A stretch of DNA of 64,000 bases, from contig NC_081333.1 in NCBI RefSeq assembly GCF_022539665.2, positions 10,106,001 to 10,170,000 of the forward strand, in the 5' to 3' direction. Of the stretch, positions 38,665 through 51,196 are shown one piece after another. The position numbers and the translations under genes are program-made. Below the pieces are notes generated by a model. It did not search any database, was not told the DNA's origin, and worked only from the letters and a program-made list of their open reading frames with translations. The DNA comes from Daphnia carinata (taxonomy: Eukaryota). Positions within the stretch are counted from its first letter, which is position 1, and each line of letters starts with the position of its first letter.

Positions 38665-41600
38665 CAGTGACTGTCGGGCATGTACTCTTTTGGGCGAGTT
38701 ACAAAAAGGACTCCAGGGTTTCCGACTTTTGGTTGCAGGTTTCCGACACTTGGACTCTGGAACCCGACGTTAGGACATCTGTCCACCGACGTTTGGACTA
38801 CTGGTCCCCGACGTTTGGGCGCAACAGTAAATTGTTGCTGAAACCAACGAGCGCTACACTTTCCGACAAGATGACTCCCGTGCCATCGACATTAGGACTT
38901 TTTTTTTATTGATGATAAGTGTTGTATACGTCAAACGGACTCCCGATCTAGCGACAAAAGGATTCTCAATACAGGTACACGTTAATTGTTTTATTTCTAT
39001 TACCTTATATTTTATACATACTTTTGCCAAGTAGGTAGGATATTTAATTAATTTCGTTACTATAGATGTGTTTTCCTATGATGTATCGGTTTATTAATTT
39101 TACTATTTGTATTACAGAAAAAAGGATGAATAAAATTATAAGAGTTTATGTGCTGATGCCAGAGGTAAATCTATCAAGTTTTTATTTACTTAAATTTACT
39201 AATCTTTTAGTTATTCAAGGCACTAAGGTATGATGTAGCAATCGAAACCATTCCTTATAATGTTGCTGCCATACGTCATCCAAGACATTGTAGAGTATAC
39301 ATCAACACTTAGTCTCTGTTATTAAGAAATGTGGAAATGGAGGATAAGGTAAGACCAAGGAAGAATTCCTGTTAAGCATATTAAATAATTAATGTACATA
39401 ACCTTTTGTCACTCGCAGCACAAACTCATGATTCCATTGTTGACTCAAAGCCAACAGCCCCACTTGTCTCGAGGTCCCAATGTGCATATCCAGGGAAAGG
39501 TAATGCTAACAGCAATCTTTCAAATAATGTTATGAAATTAATGAATATATAATATTTCTATTAATAGCATGTTATACAGTACATACTTAAAAACCGTCTG
39601 GTAGTATTAATTGTCTAAGAGTTTGTAATTCCTTTTTTTTTTTTTTTTAGCGAAGGGGATATTAATCAACGTGCTGGTCGAGCTGGTCGTACCGGCCCGG
39701 GACATTGTTACCGACTCTATTCTTTTGACGTCTTTAATGACGAGTTTGAAAAATTTTCCTTGCCAGATATCGCGCGAAGGTATTATTATTATAGATTTGG
39801 CTACTGTCAAGGGAAGTATAACAAAGTTTTATTCCAGACCCATCGACGACTTAGTTCTACAAATGAAATCAATGGACATTGAAAAAGTTATTCACTTTCC
39901 TTTCCCCACACCACCTGATATTCAGCAACTATTCGCAGCTGAGCGACGGCTGTTGTTGCTAAATGCACTGGAACCGCCGCCACGCAGCGTAGGACTCAAA
40001 CATAAGATTCGTACTGTTTTTCAATTACATTTTAAAATATTGAAAATTCATTTTAGCATTTACAGAAAGCCAAGAATGGATGTCAAAAATCACTCCACTT
40101 GGCAGAGCCATGGCAGCTTATCCATTAGCACCGCGCTTTGCAAAGATGTTATTATTAAGCCAACAAAATGACCTACGTCAGCTGAGCATTACTCTGGTGG
40201 CTGCCCTATTAGTACAAGAACTTGTGCTGGATCAGCCAGCCGATTCTGTAGCAGGCGATACTCACAGAAGGTGGCTTGGTCAACGTCTATCCTGGGCTGG
40301 AACGGGACAGTCCCTACTTTTAGGAGACCCCATGGTACTCCTGCGTGCTGTTGGCGCCGCCGAGTACTCGGGTGATATTGAAGCGTTTTGTTCCACGAAC
40401 GGGATACGTAGCAAAGCTCTTCGTGAAGTCCGAAAACTGCGGGTCTAGCTGACAAACGAAACGAACTTGAATTTACCATCGGGCACTGCATCGATTGTGG
40501 TTGACCCTCGCATGGCGCCCCCTACTGAATTGCAAGCCAAACTTTTGCGTCAGATTCTGATGGCTGGACTTCCCGATCACGTGGCTAAGCGAATACCTCC
40601 AAATGAAATCAAGGAAACCGAAGACTGTAGAAAGTACAAATACGCTTATCGCTGCCCAGAAATGGAAGATCCTGTCTTCTTGAACTCATCGAGTATCTTG
40701 CGCTATTCGCACCCTGAATGGATCATTTATCAGGACATTTATGAACATGCCAACAAAATCTATTTGCGTGGTATTAGGGCCATCAAACCCGAATGGCTGC
40801 CTATATTCAGTCCTACACAGTGCACCTTCTCTGCCCCCTTGGAGCTTTCTGCCCCTGGTTATGATTCAGACCAGGGCCGTGTAATGTGTCACATGAATGT
40901 TACATTTGGGAGAAGTGGTTGGCCTCTGCCTGTAATGGAGCTTGAATATCCAGCTGGTATCGACCGGTTCAAGTTTTTAGCCCAGTTTTTCCTTAATGGA
41001 GAGGTTTGTCGTCCTCTAGCAAAGTACGTATTGGCTCTAGTTTTGTTCATATTTTCCAGCCGTACTAAATAAGTAATTTTGTTATGTAGATACACGGCAG
41101 CTCTGCTGTCAACTCCATCAACAATGGTCAAGACATGGGTGAAACTCCAGCCCAAGACACAAGTGTTACTTCAACAACTGACAATTGGTAATCTCGATAG
41201 CTTAGATTCGCTTCTTGCCGCTTGGCAAAAAGATAAATTCTATCTCCTGGGGGCCTATAAAGCCTGGGTACCTGAATCACTTCATGAAGAAATCAATACC
41301 CTTTGGCCTCCTGTGTAATTGACTGTAAAATATATGGACCTCTTTATTGCGTAAGTAAACTTCTATCGTGAAATCCAAGTTCTTGAGTTAAGCGATAACT
41401 TAATATTTTAATCTCTCTTAGCATGAAAAGTTAGCAGGGTTTCCAATTGAAAATCATCTCATTTTTATTGAAAACACACCTAAAATCAACTACGGGAAGA
41501 ATAATCTCTACTCTGCCTTGACGCGCTTTTCTTTTTTCTCCTTGATTGGATTTTTCTTGCATTCATTATAAATATTACGAAAAATCAATACATTTGCGTC

Positions 41601-42549
41601 TGAATGAAAGTCTCTTCGGTCTCTATGGCACTTCGGCATACAGTTTTTTGGAAAAAAAAGTTAACAACAACAAAACAAATAGACGAAGTTAGTTTTCCTA
41701 AACAATGTAATTCTTTGTTACAATAGTTAAATATACAATAATGAACGATCAATTGATTATTCTGGGTTTGTGACATGGCTTACGATTACAATTCAATATG
41801 AATAAAAACAATACCTGAAACTTACAGCATTTATCCTCTGTGGATTATCAGGAGATGCAATAATGCCATATGTGGCATTAGCTTTTAACTTTCCCCAATC
41901 GTGTCCAGTTGCAGCTCTCATTACAACACTGTCTTGTTCTACATAGGACTTCAGGTGCGCGAGACATGCTTTCGATTTCACGTAATTTTGCACTAATTCG
42001 TAAATAACACCTTGGTTTCGGTCAAACGCCATGGCCAAAAAGTAAACAATACAATTGCAAATGGGGCTAAACTAATAGTTTTATTAATACTTTTTTCTGT
42101 AATACAAATAGTACAATTTATAAACAGATACAGCATAGAAAAACATCTCTATAATAATAACATTAATTAAATATCCTACCTACTTGGCAAAAGTATGTAT
42201 AAAATATAAGGTAATAGAAATAAAACAATCAACGTGTAACTGTATGGAGAGTCCATTTGTCGCTAGATCGGGAGTCCGTTTGACGTATACAATACTAATC
42301 ATCAATAAAAAAAAAGTCCTAATGTCGATGGCACGGGAGTCCTCTTGTCGGAAAGTGTAGCGCTCGTTGGGTTCAGCAACAATATATTGTTGCGCCCAAA
42401 TGTCGGGGACCACTAGTCCAAACGTCGGTGAACAGATGTCCTTTCGTCGGGTACCAGATGTCCAAGTGTCGGAAACCTGCAACCAAAAGTCGGAAACCCT
42501 GGAGTCCTTTTTGTAACTCGCCCAAAAGACTCTGTCCCGACTGTCGCTG
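38665..42549. mobile_element. Non-autonomous DNA element with ~475-bp TIRs carrying a captured DHX37 fragment (Pack-MULE-like)
   Basis: 38665-39139 is the reverse complement of 42075-42549. The ends read CAGTGACTGTCGGG / CAGCGACAGTCGGG, with CCGAC subrepeats. No transposase motif was recognised. Confidence 0.75.
39666..41318 (+). pseudogene. DEAH-box helicase DHX37/kurz C-terminal fragment
   Basis: Starts at motif [21 protein letters not shown], followed by LVLQMKSM...FPFPTPP and ITPLGRAMAAYPLAPRFAKML. Introns are retained, there is a premature TAG at 40446-40448, and the N-terminal half is absent. Confidence 0.85.
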
Positions 42550-42604
42550 TGACAGCCAATGCTATTTTCGCGTAACAGTGTAAATTTTTACCGTTAGATG
42601 CTGC

Positions 42605-42735
42605 ACAAAAATGATCGCTAAAAATGATCGGCAAAATTTGATCGCCGATCCGATCTTTCGCAGTTTGATCGGATCGCCCGATCCGATCTTTTGAGTTTGA
42701 TCGGAGATCGCGATCGGAAAATTGATCGGCGCGGC
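42605..42735. repeat. GATCG/CCGATC reiterated motif tract
   Basis: More than ten GATC(G) motifs in both orientations within ~130 bp; probably subterminal repeats of another element. Confidence 0.7.
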
Positions 42736-43429
42736 AAGTCTGGATGTTTTCCCCATTTTGAAGAAAACTTTAAGAAGACTTTCAAGTGCTTAGAATTTAA
42801 AAAAATAGGTTTTCGCCTCTGCATTTCAGGAGAATGTTTGGCATATCCAAGCTAACGTCTTACCATAATGAGGAATAAGGAGTATCTTAAAATTAATTTT
42901 TCTACAAAACGCTATCGAGAGAAAAAAAACATAAAAAACAGATTTTTAAAAACCTTTTTCAATCATTTTCATATGATTTGATCAATTGTATTCAATTCTT
43001 TTGGCGAATAAATGGGTAAATTTATCTCAAGTATACACCAGGTGCCGAATAGGAGATCTGTAAACATCGCAAACATTTTCCAAAATTTCAAGAACTGAAA
43101 ACAGAAGGGTTGAGATAAGTTCACAAGATACGATTTTGTTATTAAGCAAAAACTGAAAAAAAATTATAAATTGTGCGTCGCGCTAGTAGCTTCCGTTAGG
43201 GAACAGTACTTCCAGTTCCAGGCCTTAAAAATCAAGTGCCTCACCCCTTAATACTGACAAACAGCAGACGAACACTGTTATGAGGCATGAAAAAGTTTAC
43301 ACGTTTTCTAAGCATGATACAACAGAGAAGAAATATAACTGTGGGAGTTAAATATGACCAAAAGAGAAGGAATCCCTGAAAAGCTGGTTAGGCCCACGGT
43401 GAAACCAAAATCAACAACTGCATAGGCAT

Positions 43430-44845
43430 CACAATCAACAAGTGATGGGCACAGGAAACTCCATTGAATATTAATAAATCTTCAGCGTCTCTGAGCAATG
43501 GTAGAGGACAGGGAAGAAGAGATGGTGACCGAGGAAGAGGCAGAAAAAGAGGAAACCAGAGTTGATCAAGTATTTGTTGTCTATTACTTGTGCCTACTTA
43601 CTTACTACTACTTATTTGTGACTAAGATCTTCTGTAAACAATTTATGTGTTCGTTATTTGTTAAGACCACAGGATCAATCTTTGATGAAGAAGTGTCTGA
43701 TCTTGGTCTGAAAATGAGAAGTTCATCATCTGTTTATGCAGGCAGAGGTAGTGCAGGCTTGATTGCTGGACTGGAAAAACCTCAACTGAACACCCAAGGT
43801 GCAATATTTATCACTTAATTAATTCCTTTTCCTAAAATGTATTATTTTTCTTGTCCTAAAATTTCAATTCAAAAAAAGAACATTAAAGTCAATAAGGAAG
43901 AAGAAGAGGCTGCATTAAGTGCATTACTTAGAGATGACTTTTTTGGATGATTCAGAATTAGGTGATGGATTTGATGGTAATTTGGTGATGCAGCCAATCC
44001 AGCTCCCAAAATCTAGCTTAGGTATTGTTTTCCAATGCCTTGGTAGTTGCGTGCCCTTAAAAGAATTAACCATTTTGATATTTTTTTCTTATCCTTTTCT
44101 ATCAAGATGCAAACCTGAAGGGAGAAAAGGAAAGTATGGTCATAAAGTCAGAAAACCCACAACTGATCACAGTAGAAGGAGATATTGCAAGTATGTAATA
44201 TTCTTAATAATTTTCTTGCTACACTTCCCCTGTTGATGGAGTAACCTTCATTATTCAAGCAAGAGAAAGGCGACAGCTAACTGATCCCGGCTATCAAAGA
44301 ATCTGCTTACAACAACGTCTGAATCCTTCTCAAGTCACGGGCGAACATATTTTCCAGAACGAGGGAGACATATTGTTTATTCAGGTACCGACATTTGTAC
44401 AATATATCGAGTGTCGATGAGATGGGGAATTTGCCAATATAGAATTAAGTTAATTCTGATACCGTCTACGGTTTTCAGTTGCCAGATAGACTGCCGACCC
44501 TGAAAGCGGATAAAGAGCGTCCCCAAGTCAAAATGGAACTTGGAACAGCGGTTCAAGATAAAGTCAATGATCAAACCATCGTTGAAACAAAGGCCGAAAA
44601 AGAAAGTGTCTTCGAAGATATTCCGGAAGGCCGATTAGGGACTCTTCGCGTTCATAGATCGGGAAAAGTAACTTTGCAAATGGGAGAACATTCATTCGTC
44701 ATGGATAGTGCAACGCAAGTTTCCTATCTACAAGTATGTGGACAAAAAAAAAATATTTCGTTTCCATGATTTGCAAATCATAGTCTTTTTTAATATTTTC
44801 TTCTTTAATAGGATCTGATATCGGTTGAGGTAAATGAAGAATATT
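43430..44845 (+). pseudogene. RNA polymerase III subunit RPC4 (POLR3D)-like, disrupted
   Basis: C-terminal LPDRLP...EDIPEGRLGTLRVHRSGKVTLQMGEHSFVMDSATQVSYLQ|DLISVEV resembles the RPC4 domain, and an RG-rich segment and TTGSIFDE lie upstream. It has in-frame stops and is truncated at the fusion to NFS1. Confidence 0.7.
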
Positions 44846-44852
44846 GAAGTTC

Positions 44853-45860
44853 GAACTTCAGGTAGTGTTAATTGCCATAATCTTTGCAATTATTTTGTAT
44901 TGGTTGTTATAAAAGAATTCAATTGTTAGTATGATCAAACAGAATCACAAAACTATCACATCGCTTGATCGACCAGATAGGTAAAAGTTTAATTCATGTT
45001 ATACGAAAGGGAGATCCTGAACACTCCTATCCAGGTTGTGTTAACCTGTCGTTTGCCTATGTTGAGGGTGAAAATCTTTTGATGGCCTTAAAAGGTATCA
45101 TTTAACATAAAATGCGTTATAAATTATTCATAACTCGTTTTTGTAATACTATAGATGTCGCGCTATCAAGTGGAAATGCGTGTACTTCAGCGTCGTTACA
45201 GCCATCTTTTGTTTTGCGAGTCATTGGCGCCGGAAGAAAACTTAGCGCATTCTTCTATTCGCTTTGGAATTGGAAGGTTCAATACCGAAGCTGAGGTTGA
45301 TTACACTACGCAAAGGTATATTACATCAAGTTTCGAAACTTCGTGAAATGAGGTAGGTTTTAATTAGGCTTATGCTTCTAAGCTAGCTATCCAAATAACA
45401 AAAAATAAAACTCATCTGTTAGTCCTTTGTGGGAAATAGTTCAAAAAGGAATTGATTTGAAGAGTATCAAATGAACGCAGCATTAATTTTTTTGTGTTCA
45501 CCTACGAACATTAAAGGCATTCATGTTTAACTTCGTCCTTGTAAAATAAAGGCTCGGAAATATGTACCAAAGACAGTAGTTAAATATAATCTTTGTGATT
45601 GTGTATGGATTTACGACACAACTGGAAAATAGTAGAACATAGTGATTTATCCCTATAGTTATATTCATTCCTTAGATAGAAAATGCGATTCACTGACAGA
45701 TTGGCAAGATCATTGAGTTGAAGATTTTGCTGTTGAGGTTCATCCTCTAAATCCGCTATCAATTTATTTTTACCAACAAAAACCTGCGGGTATCGAAGAG
45801 GGTCATATAGCTCGATGATTAGCTGCCTGCATCCATGAAACCTTGTGGCCATGGGGAGAC
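44853..45860 (+). pseudogene. NFS1 duplicate, 3' exons plus 3' flank
   Basis: Diverged copy of 28596-29612, with SSGNACTS, frameshifts and TGG>TGA near 45472. Confidence 0.9.
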
Positions 45861-46417
45861 TTACCAACAAACTACAAGCTATGATTACTAATTCTCTACC
45901 TAAGTTTGTGGGTTGATGTCTAACATGTAGTGAACGGTACTACAGATCGAGTTGTTGTGTGTGTGTGTTTTTAGTTTGCGAATTTTAGCCCCTTTATAGT
46001 AGGCATCGCTCTTCTCTTTTCTTTCTTCGAGGGCTCTCCTTTTTTTTTTTTTTCTTGAAGGTGTATTCAGCGTTGTCATTTGGTGTAGATGTTGCCCGAA
46101 GCGATGAGGATGTAGAAGTATTTTGCGAATCTTCAACCAGGATATTAAGGGCTGGGAGGTAGGAGAGTTTGGAAATTGGAGGTGGCGGGACTTGAACAAG
46201 GGGCGCCAGAATATAAAGCAAGGGCGAAAACCATTGTGCAAGGACCACACATATCAGTCAAAGTTAGCTTTCTATGTCACCCATTCAAATAGGCATCTTA
46301 TGCACAATGTACAGTAAGTCGAATGCAGCACTGTTTTATAGTTCGTGGCTGCTATGCTGATTTCATGGGTTCGAATCTTTGTGTTATTGTTAATTGTTTT
46401 TTGCTTTTAGCGACGCA

Positions 46418-46555
46418 CTAGTGACTTTGGGCCTGCCCAGGGACGGGGATTTCTAGCGTATTTTAACGCAATTTTTTCTTATTTAATTCTTAGTTATTAC
46501 TCTGCTAATCCGTCCTCGCCATTATTTTGCCCGTCTTATCTTTACAAAAACGCAA
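46418..46555 (-). mobile_element. Helitron-like 3' terminus (candidate), inverted relative to 36790-36911
   Basis: Minus strand reads ...AAAATACGCTAG...CCCCGTCCCTGGGCAGG-CCCAAAGTCA-CTAG-T. Confidence 0.5.
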
Positions 46556-47281
46556 TAACCCAAAAATAAATAAAATAAAATATCGAATGTGACAAGGTCC
46601 ATTATCTTTTCAAAAGGCATTTGTCTAGCATAGCAAATATCCATGAATCATTCCGAACTTGAACCATGCCTGAGCTCCCTCCCACTCCTTCCGAATGGAG
46701 ATTAAAAAGTCCTAGCAAACTGAGTATGTTGTCATGTCTCAATACAGCGATGTATCCCTCCGCTGCTCTTAAAATTTGTATGATTTTTTAAATGTTTTTC
46801 TTTTAAGCTTACGATCAAAATATTTTTTAAGAAATATTATTAATTGTGGAAGTTTAACGTTTCGGATTTTTTTTACAATAACAATTGAACAAAAAAAAAC
46901 GTTGACTAAAGAGATCCATCAGTAGCCGCCATCTTTAGTGGTTTGTTTCAGAAGCGTCAGTACTTGAGAAGCAGGTCTCTGTTGTCGGATCGCGGGCGCA
47001 GGTGTGGCTCCATTAATATTGTTATCAACATTAAATTCCTAGGTATATGTTACAAAACTGTCATTAATTTCAATTTTGTGTTCATTTGGAACTACGTTCA
47101 TTGAAAATAATTCAGATCAGAATGGGTATTCGTTCTATCGAATCCTAAGCTGGCAAACCAATGTGTATATATTCCTATCCCAGTTGCGACACTTTGTTCG
47201 ATGCAAAGTTTCTAACCCCCTTTTTTGTCCCGTTTTTCAGAGGTTTTTTCGTTGCAATAGTGCTCTATAACACGCCGCATC

Positions 47282-50200
47282 ATGAGTTATCAGATGCAGG
47301 CACAAGGGAGGCCAAGTATGAAATTTCTTTCATTATGGTTAACTAAATCAATTAAAATGCTTACTTGGATGTCCAGTGTCACACGGTCAATATGTAAGCA
47401 ATAGCCCTGCTGATCTTCCCATGCCCAGCGTGAAAGAACAGACACTTATGTGGCAGGGAGTTGGACAACCTGGATATGTTGGAGATTCTGGAATCCACAG
47501 TGGAGCAACTACTCAGGTATATACCACCACTCACTGTACTTGTTTGTTGTAGAAATGGTTGTGATAAAACTATTTGAATCTTTTTTTAAGGCTCCATCCT
47601 TGTCTGGTAGAGGTGGAGATGATGAAATGGACACTTCCGATGGAGGGGTTATGTTGAATATGGGGGGATCTGGCTACTCAGCAGGATACACACAAGATCA
47701 AGTTGAAGGTGAATTCTAGTGTTTCTATCAATTATGAAGTTTGGTTCTAATGCTTTTGAATAGATATGAATGCTCAGTTGAACCAAACTCGCTCCCAGCG
47801 TATTCGTGCAGCCATGTTTCCTGAAACATTGGATGAAGGAATGGAAATTCCCTCAACCCAGTTTGACAACACTCAGCCAACTGCTGTTCAGCGTTTGGCC
47901 GAACCCTCTCAAATGCTGAAACATGCCGTGGTGAACTTGATCAATTATCAGGTTTGTGATTTTCTGAAACTTGAAACTTAACTTATGACTTGAAATTATG
48001 CATATGTTGCAGGATGATGCCGACCTTGCAACAAGAGCTATCCCAGAGTTGATTAAGCTACTGAATGATGAAGATCAGGTCGTGGTATCGCATGCTGCAA
48101 TGATGGTTCATCAACTCTCCAAGAAGGAAGCGTCCCGCCATGCTATCATGAATAGCCCACAGGCAACCAAAGTTTCTATGATTCATTACTACTCTATTAC
48201 GTCTTTAAAATTGTTTTCCAAGTTCATAATGCATTTCCGATTCACTTTAGATGATCGCGGCGCTTGTGCGAGCATTGTCGAACAGTAACGATCTAGAAAC
48301 AACCAAGGGCGCTGTTGGAACACTGCACAACTTATCCCATCATCGCCAAGGATTGTTGGCTATTTTTAAGTCGGGTGGAATTCCAGCATTGGTGAAGCTG
48401 TTGAGGTATTATCTCATTTATCAACCCTCAAAAGTGACAGTCTCTAAAAATAAATTTCTTTTTTTTTCTTTTTCTATAATTATTATTTTATTTTTCCTTC
48501 CGTCACTCTTCCCTATGAAAATCTTGAATCATCCCCAATAGTTCGCCTGTGGAATCTGTTCTGTTTTACGCCATCACGACGCTGCACAACTTGCTGCTTC
48601 ATCAAGAAGGCTCAAAGATGGCCGTCCGTCTGGCGGGTGGTTTGCAGAAGATGGTCGCTCTCCTCCAGCGCAACAATGTCAAATTCTTGGCCATCGTGAC
48701 TGACTGTCTTCAAATTTTGGCGTACGGAAATCAAGAGTCCAAATTGATCATCTTGGCGTCTCAGGGACCGATGGAACTTGTCCGAATTCTTCGCTCATAC
48801 ACTTACGAAAAACTTCTCTGGACCACATCGCGAGTTTTGAAAGGTATTCTTTAAACGCGTTTTCTATTTTTGAGTTTATGATAGATTATGCACCTTGGAT
48901 GTCGGTAGTACTGTCCGTTTGCTCGAGCAACAAACCAGCGATTGTTGAAGCTGGAGGCATGCAAGCCTTGGCTATGCACTTGGGTCACCAGAGTCATCGC
49001 TTGGTCCAAAACTGCTTGTGGACTTGTCGCAATCTTTCCGACGCTGCTACTAAACAGGTTAGTCTTACACACAGGAAAGCAACTTGGCGTGTATTTAACA
49101 TTTTACCAACAAAATGTACAGCAAGAAGGTTTGGAAACACTTCTACAAGGACTTGTCCAGTTGCTAGCTTCCAGCGATGTTAACGTCATAACCTGTGCAG
49201 CCGGCATTCTCTCCAACTTGACCTGTAACAATCAGCGCAACAAAACAGTTGTGTGCCAAGTCGGCGGTATTGAAGCGCTGGTTCGCACCATTATCCATGC
49301 TGGCGATCGTGAAGAAATTACCGAACCTGCCGTAATTTTTCTATTTATAGCTATGTATAAATCATGATGTTATTTGCGTCTAATTTCATACTAAAGATAT
49401 GTGCTCTGCGCCACATGACTTCACGCCATGCTGAAGCTGAAATGGCTCAGAATGCTGTTCGTCTCAGTGGCGGTCTGCCCGTTATTGTACGTTTGCTGCA
49501 ACCTCCTTCCCGTTGGCCGCTGATTAAAGGTAAAATTGTATAACCTTTCGCCATTTTTCATCTATTCAGTTATATCCTTTTACAGCGCTTATCGGGTTGG
49601 TTCGCAATTTGGCTCTCTGTCCTGCCAATCACGCCCCCTTGCGAGAACAAGGAGTGATTACGCGTTTGGTGCAACTGTTGATCCGTGCTTTCCAGGACAT
49701 TCAAAGAGTATGTGAATTTTATTTTTCTTCGTTTGGGCAACCTTCTATCCTCAACCGTTTGGTATATAGCGCTCGTCAGTTGTCAGTTCAGGCAGTGGTC
49801 AACCCCAAGGCTCCTATGCCGATGGCGTGCGCATGGAAGAAATCGTCGAAGGCGCTGTTGGCGCCCTTCACATTCTTGCTCGAGAATCCCACAACCGAGC
49901 CGTTATCCGGGGCTTAAGCGTTATACCCATTTTCGTCCAGGTGAGTAATAGTGCACAAGTTTTATTTCTTGTGTTTTTCCCCCCGATTTCCACAGGATAT
50001 CTAATTTATTTATTCTGAATCGATAGTTGTTGTACAACGAGATTGAAAATATCCAGCGTGTGGCCGCTGGCGTGCTTTGTGAACTTGCTTCTGATAAGGA
50101 AGGTGCAGACATGATCGAACAAGAAGGCGCAACGGCTCCCTTAACTGAATTACTTCATTCTCGCAATGAGGGTGTGGGTAAGTGGCCAGTTCAGTCGTTG

Positions 50201-51196
50201 AGACACTGCGGTTTTCTAATGCATTTTCCCATGTAGCTACATACGCAGCTGCTGTTCTCTTCCGCATGTCCGAAGACAAGCCACAAGACTACAAGAAGAG
50301 GCTATCTATGGAGCTGACCAACTCCTTGTTCCGTGAAGACCATCACTTGTGGAACGGAGATCTGCCTTTGATGCCTCCCGATCTTCAGGTTTGATTGCAT
50401 TTTCTTCGAATAACACGATACTTATCTTACTTACCATAATCCCCTGCCCATTCTTTCTTCCGAAAAGTTTAATCAGAACTAACCAGACAACTAAACCAAG
50501 GTGAGGCACTAATTCGCATGCCTCCTGGAATGATTTTAGCATGAACTTGAATGTATCCTAAACGCTTCTTATTGCCTTTTCCGTTGCCAGTCAATTATCA
50601 CCCGCTGTTATTTTGTTTTTTTTTCAAACCAACGTTTTTTTTTTATGATTTTTCATTTTTGTTCACTTGATCAACCCGGCAAGCAGGATATTCTTGCACC
50701 TGACCAGCCATACGAAGGTCCGTATGGGCAAGGCCCACCCAGTGTCCACTCCAACCAAGATGGAGGCAGGTCCTACCGTCAAGGTACACTTTTATTAGTT
50801 ATTGTTTAATCCATACATTGATAAACACGATTGGAGCCCGGAAGTGTCTAAGCCGAGGGATATTTTGCTTTTCTCCAAATTATTGGTATTCATTGCTTTT
50901 GTTTTGTTTTTTGTTTTTAACCGAGTAGGATATGACGCCCTACCCGTAGAATCGATGCAGGGATTGGAGCTCGGTTCACACCATGGCGGCCCACCACCTT
51001 CTGCCACTTCTCCGACCATGGGCATGGGCATGAATATGGGGCATTCGATGGGTCTTCCCATCCAGTCCAACAATTACGCTCCGGTAGATCACATGGGTTC
51101 CGATTTGGATTTCGATCCTCTGAATCATATGGGTCAGGCCACCCTCCCCAACCGCCCCATGATGCCCAGGCCGCTTGGTATGACACCGACCTTTGA
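47282..51196 (+). CDS. arm: Armadillo / beta-catenin, multi-exon (apparent 1-nt frameshift in last exon)
   Basis: Degron [31 protein letters not shown], Arm repeats (e.g. [19 protein letters not shown]) and terminal AAWYDTDL* (TGA 51194-51196). Confidence 0.97.

Noticed and set aside
46340..46382. B-box-like GGTTCGAATC
   Set aside because: No convincing A-box spacing or cloverleaf; at most a tRNA/SINE remnant.
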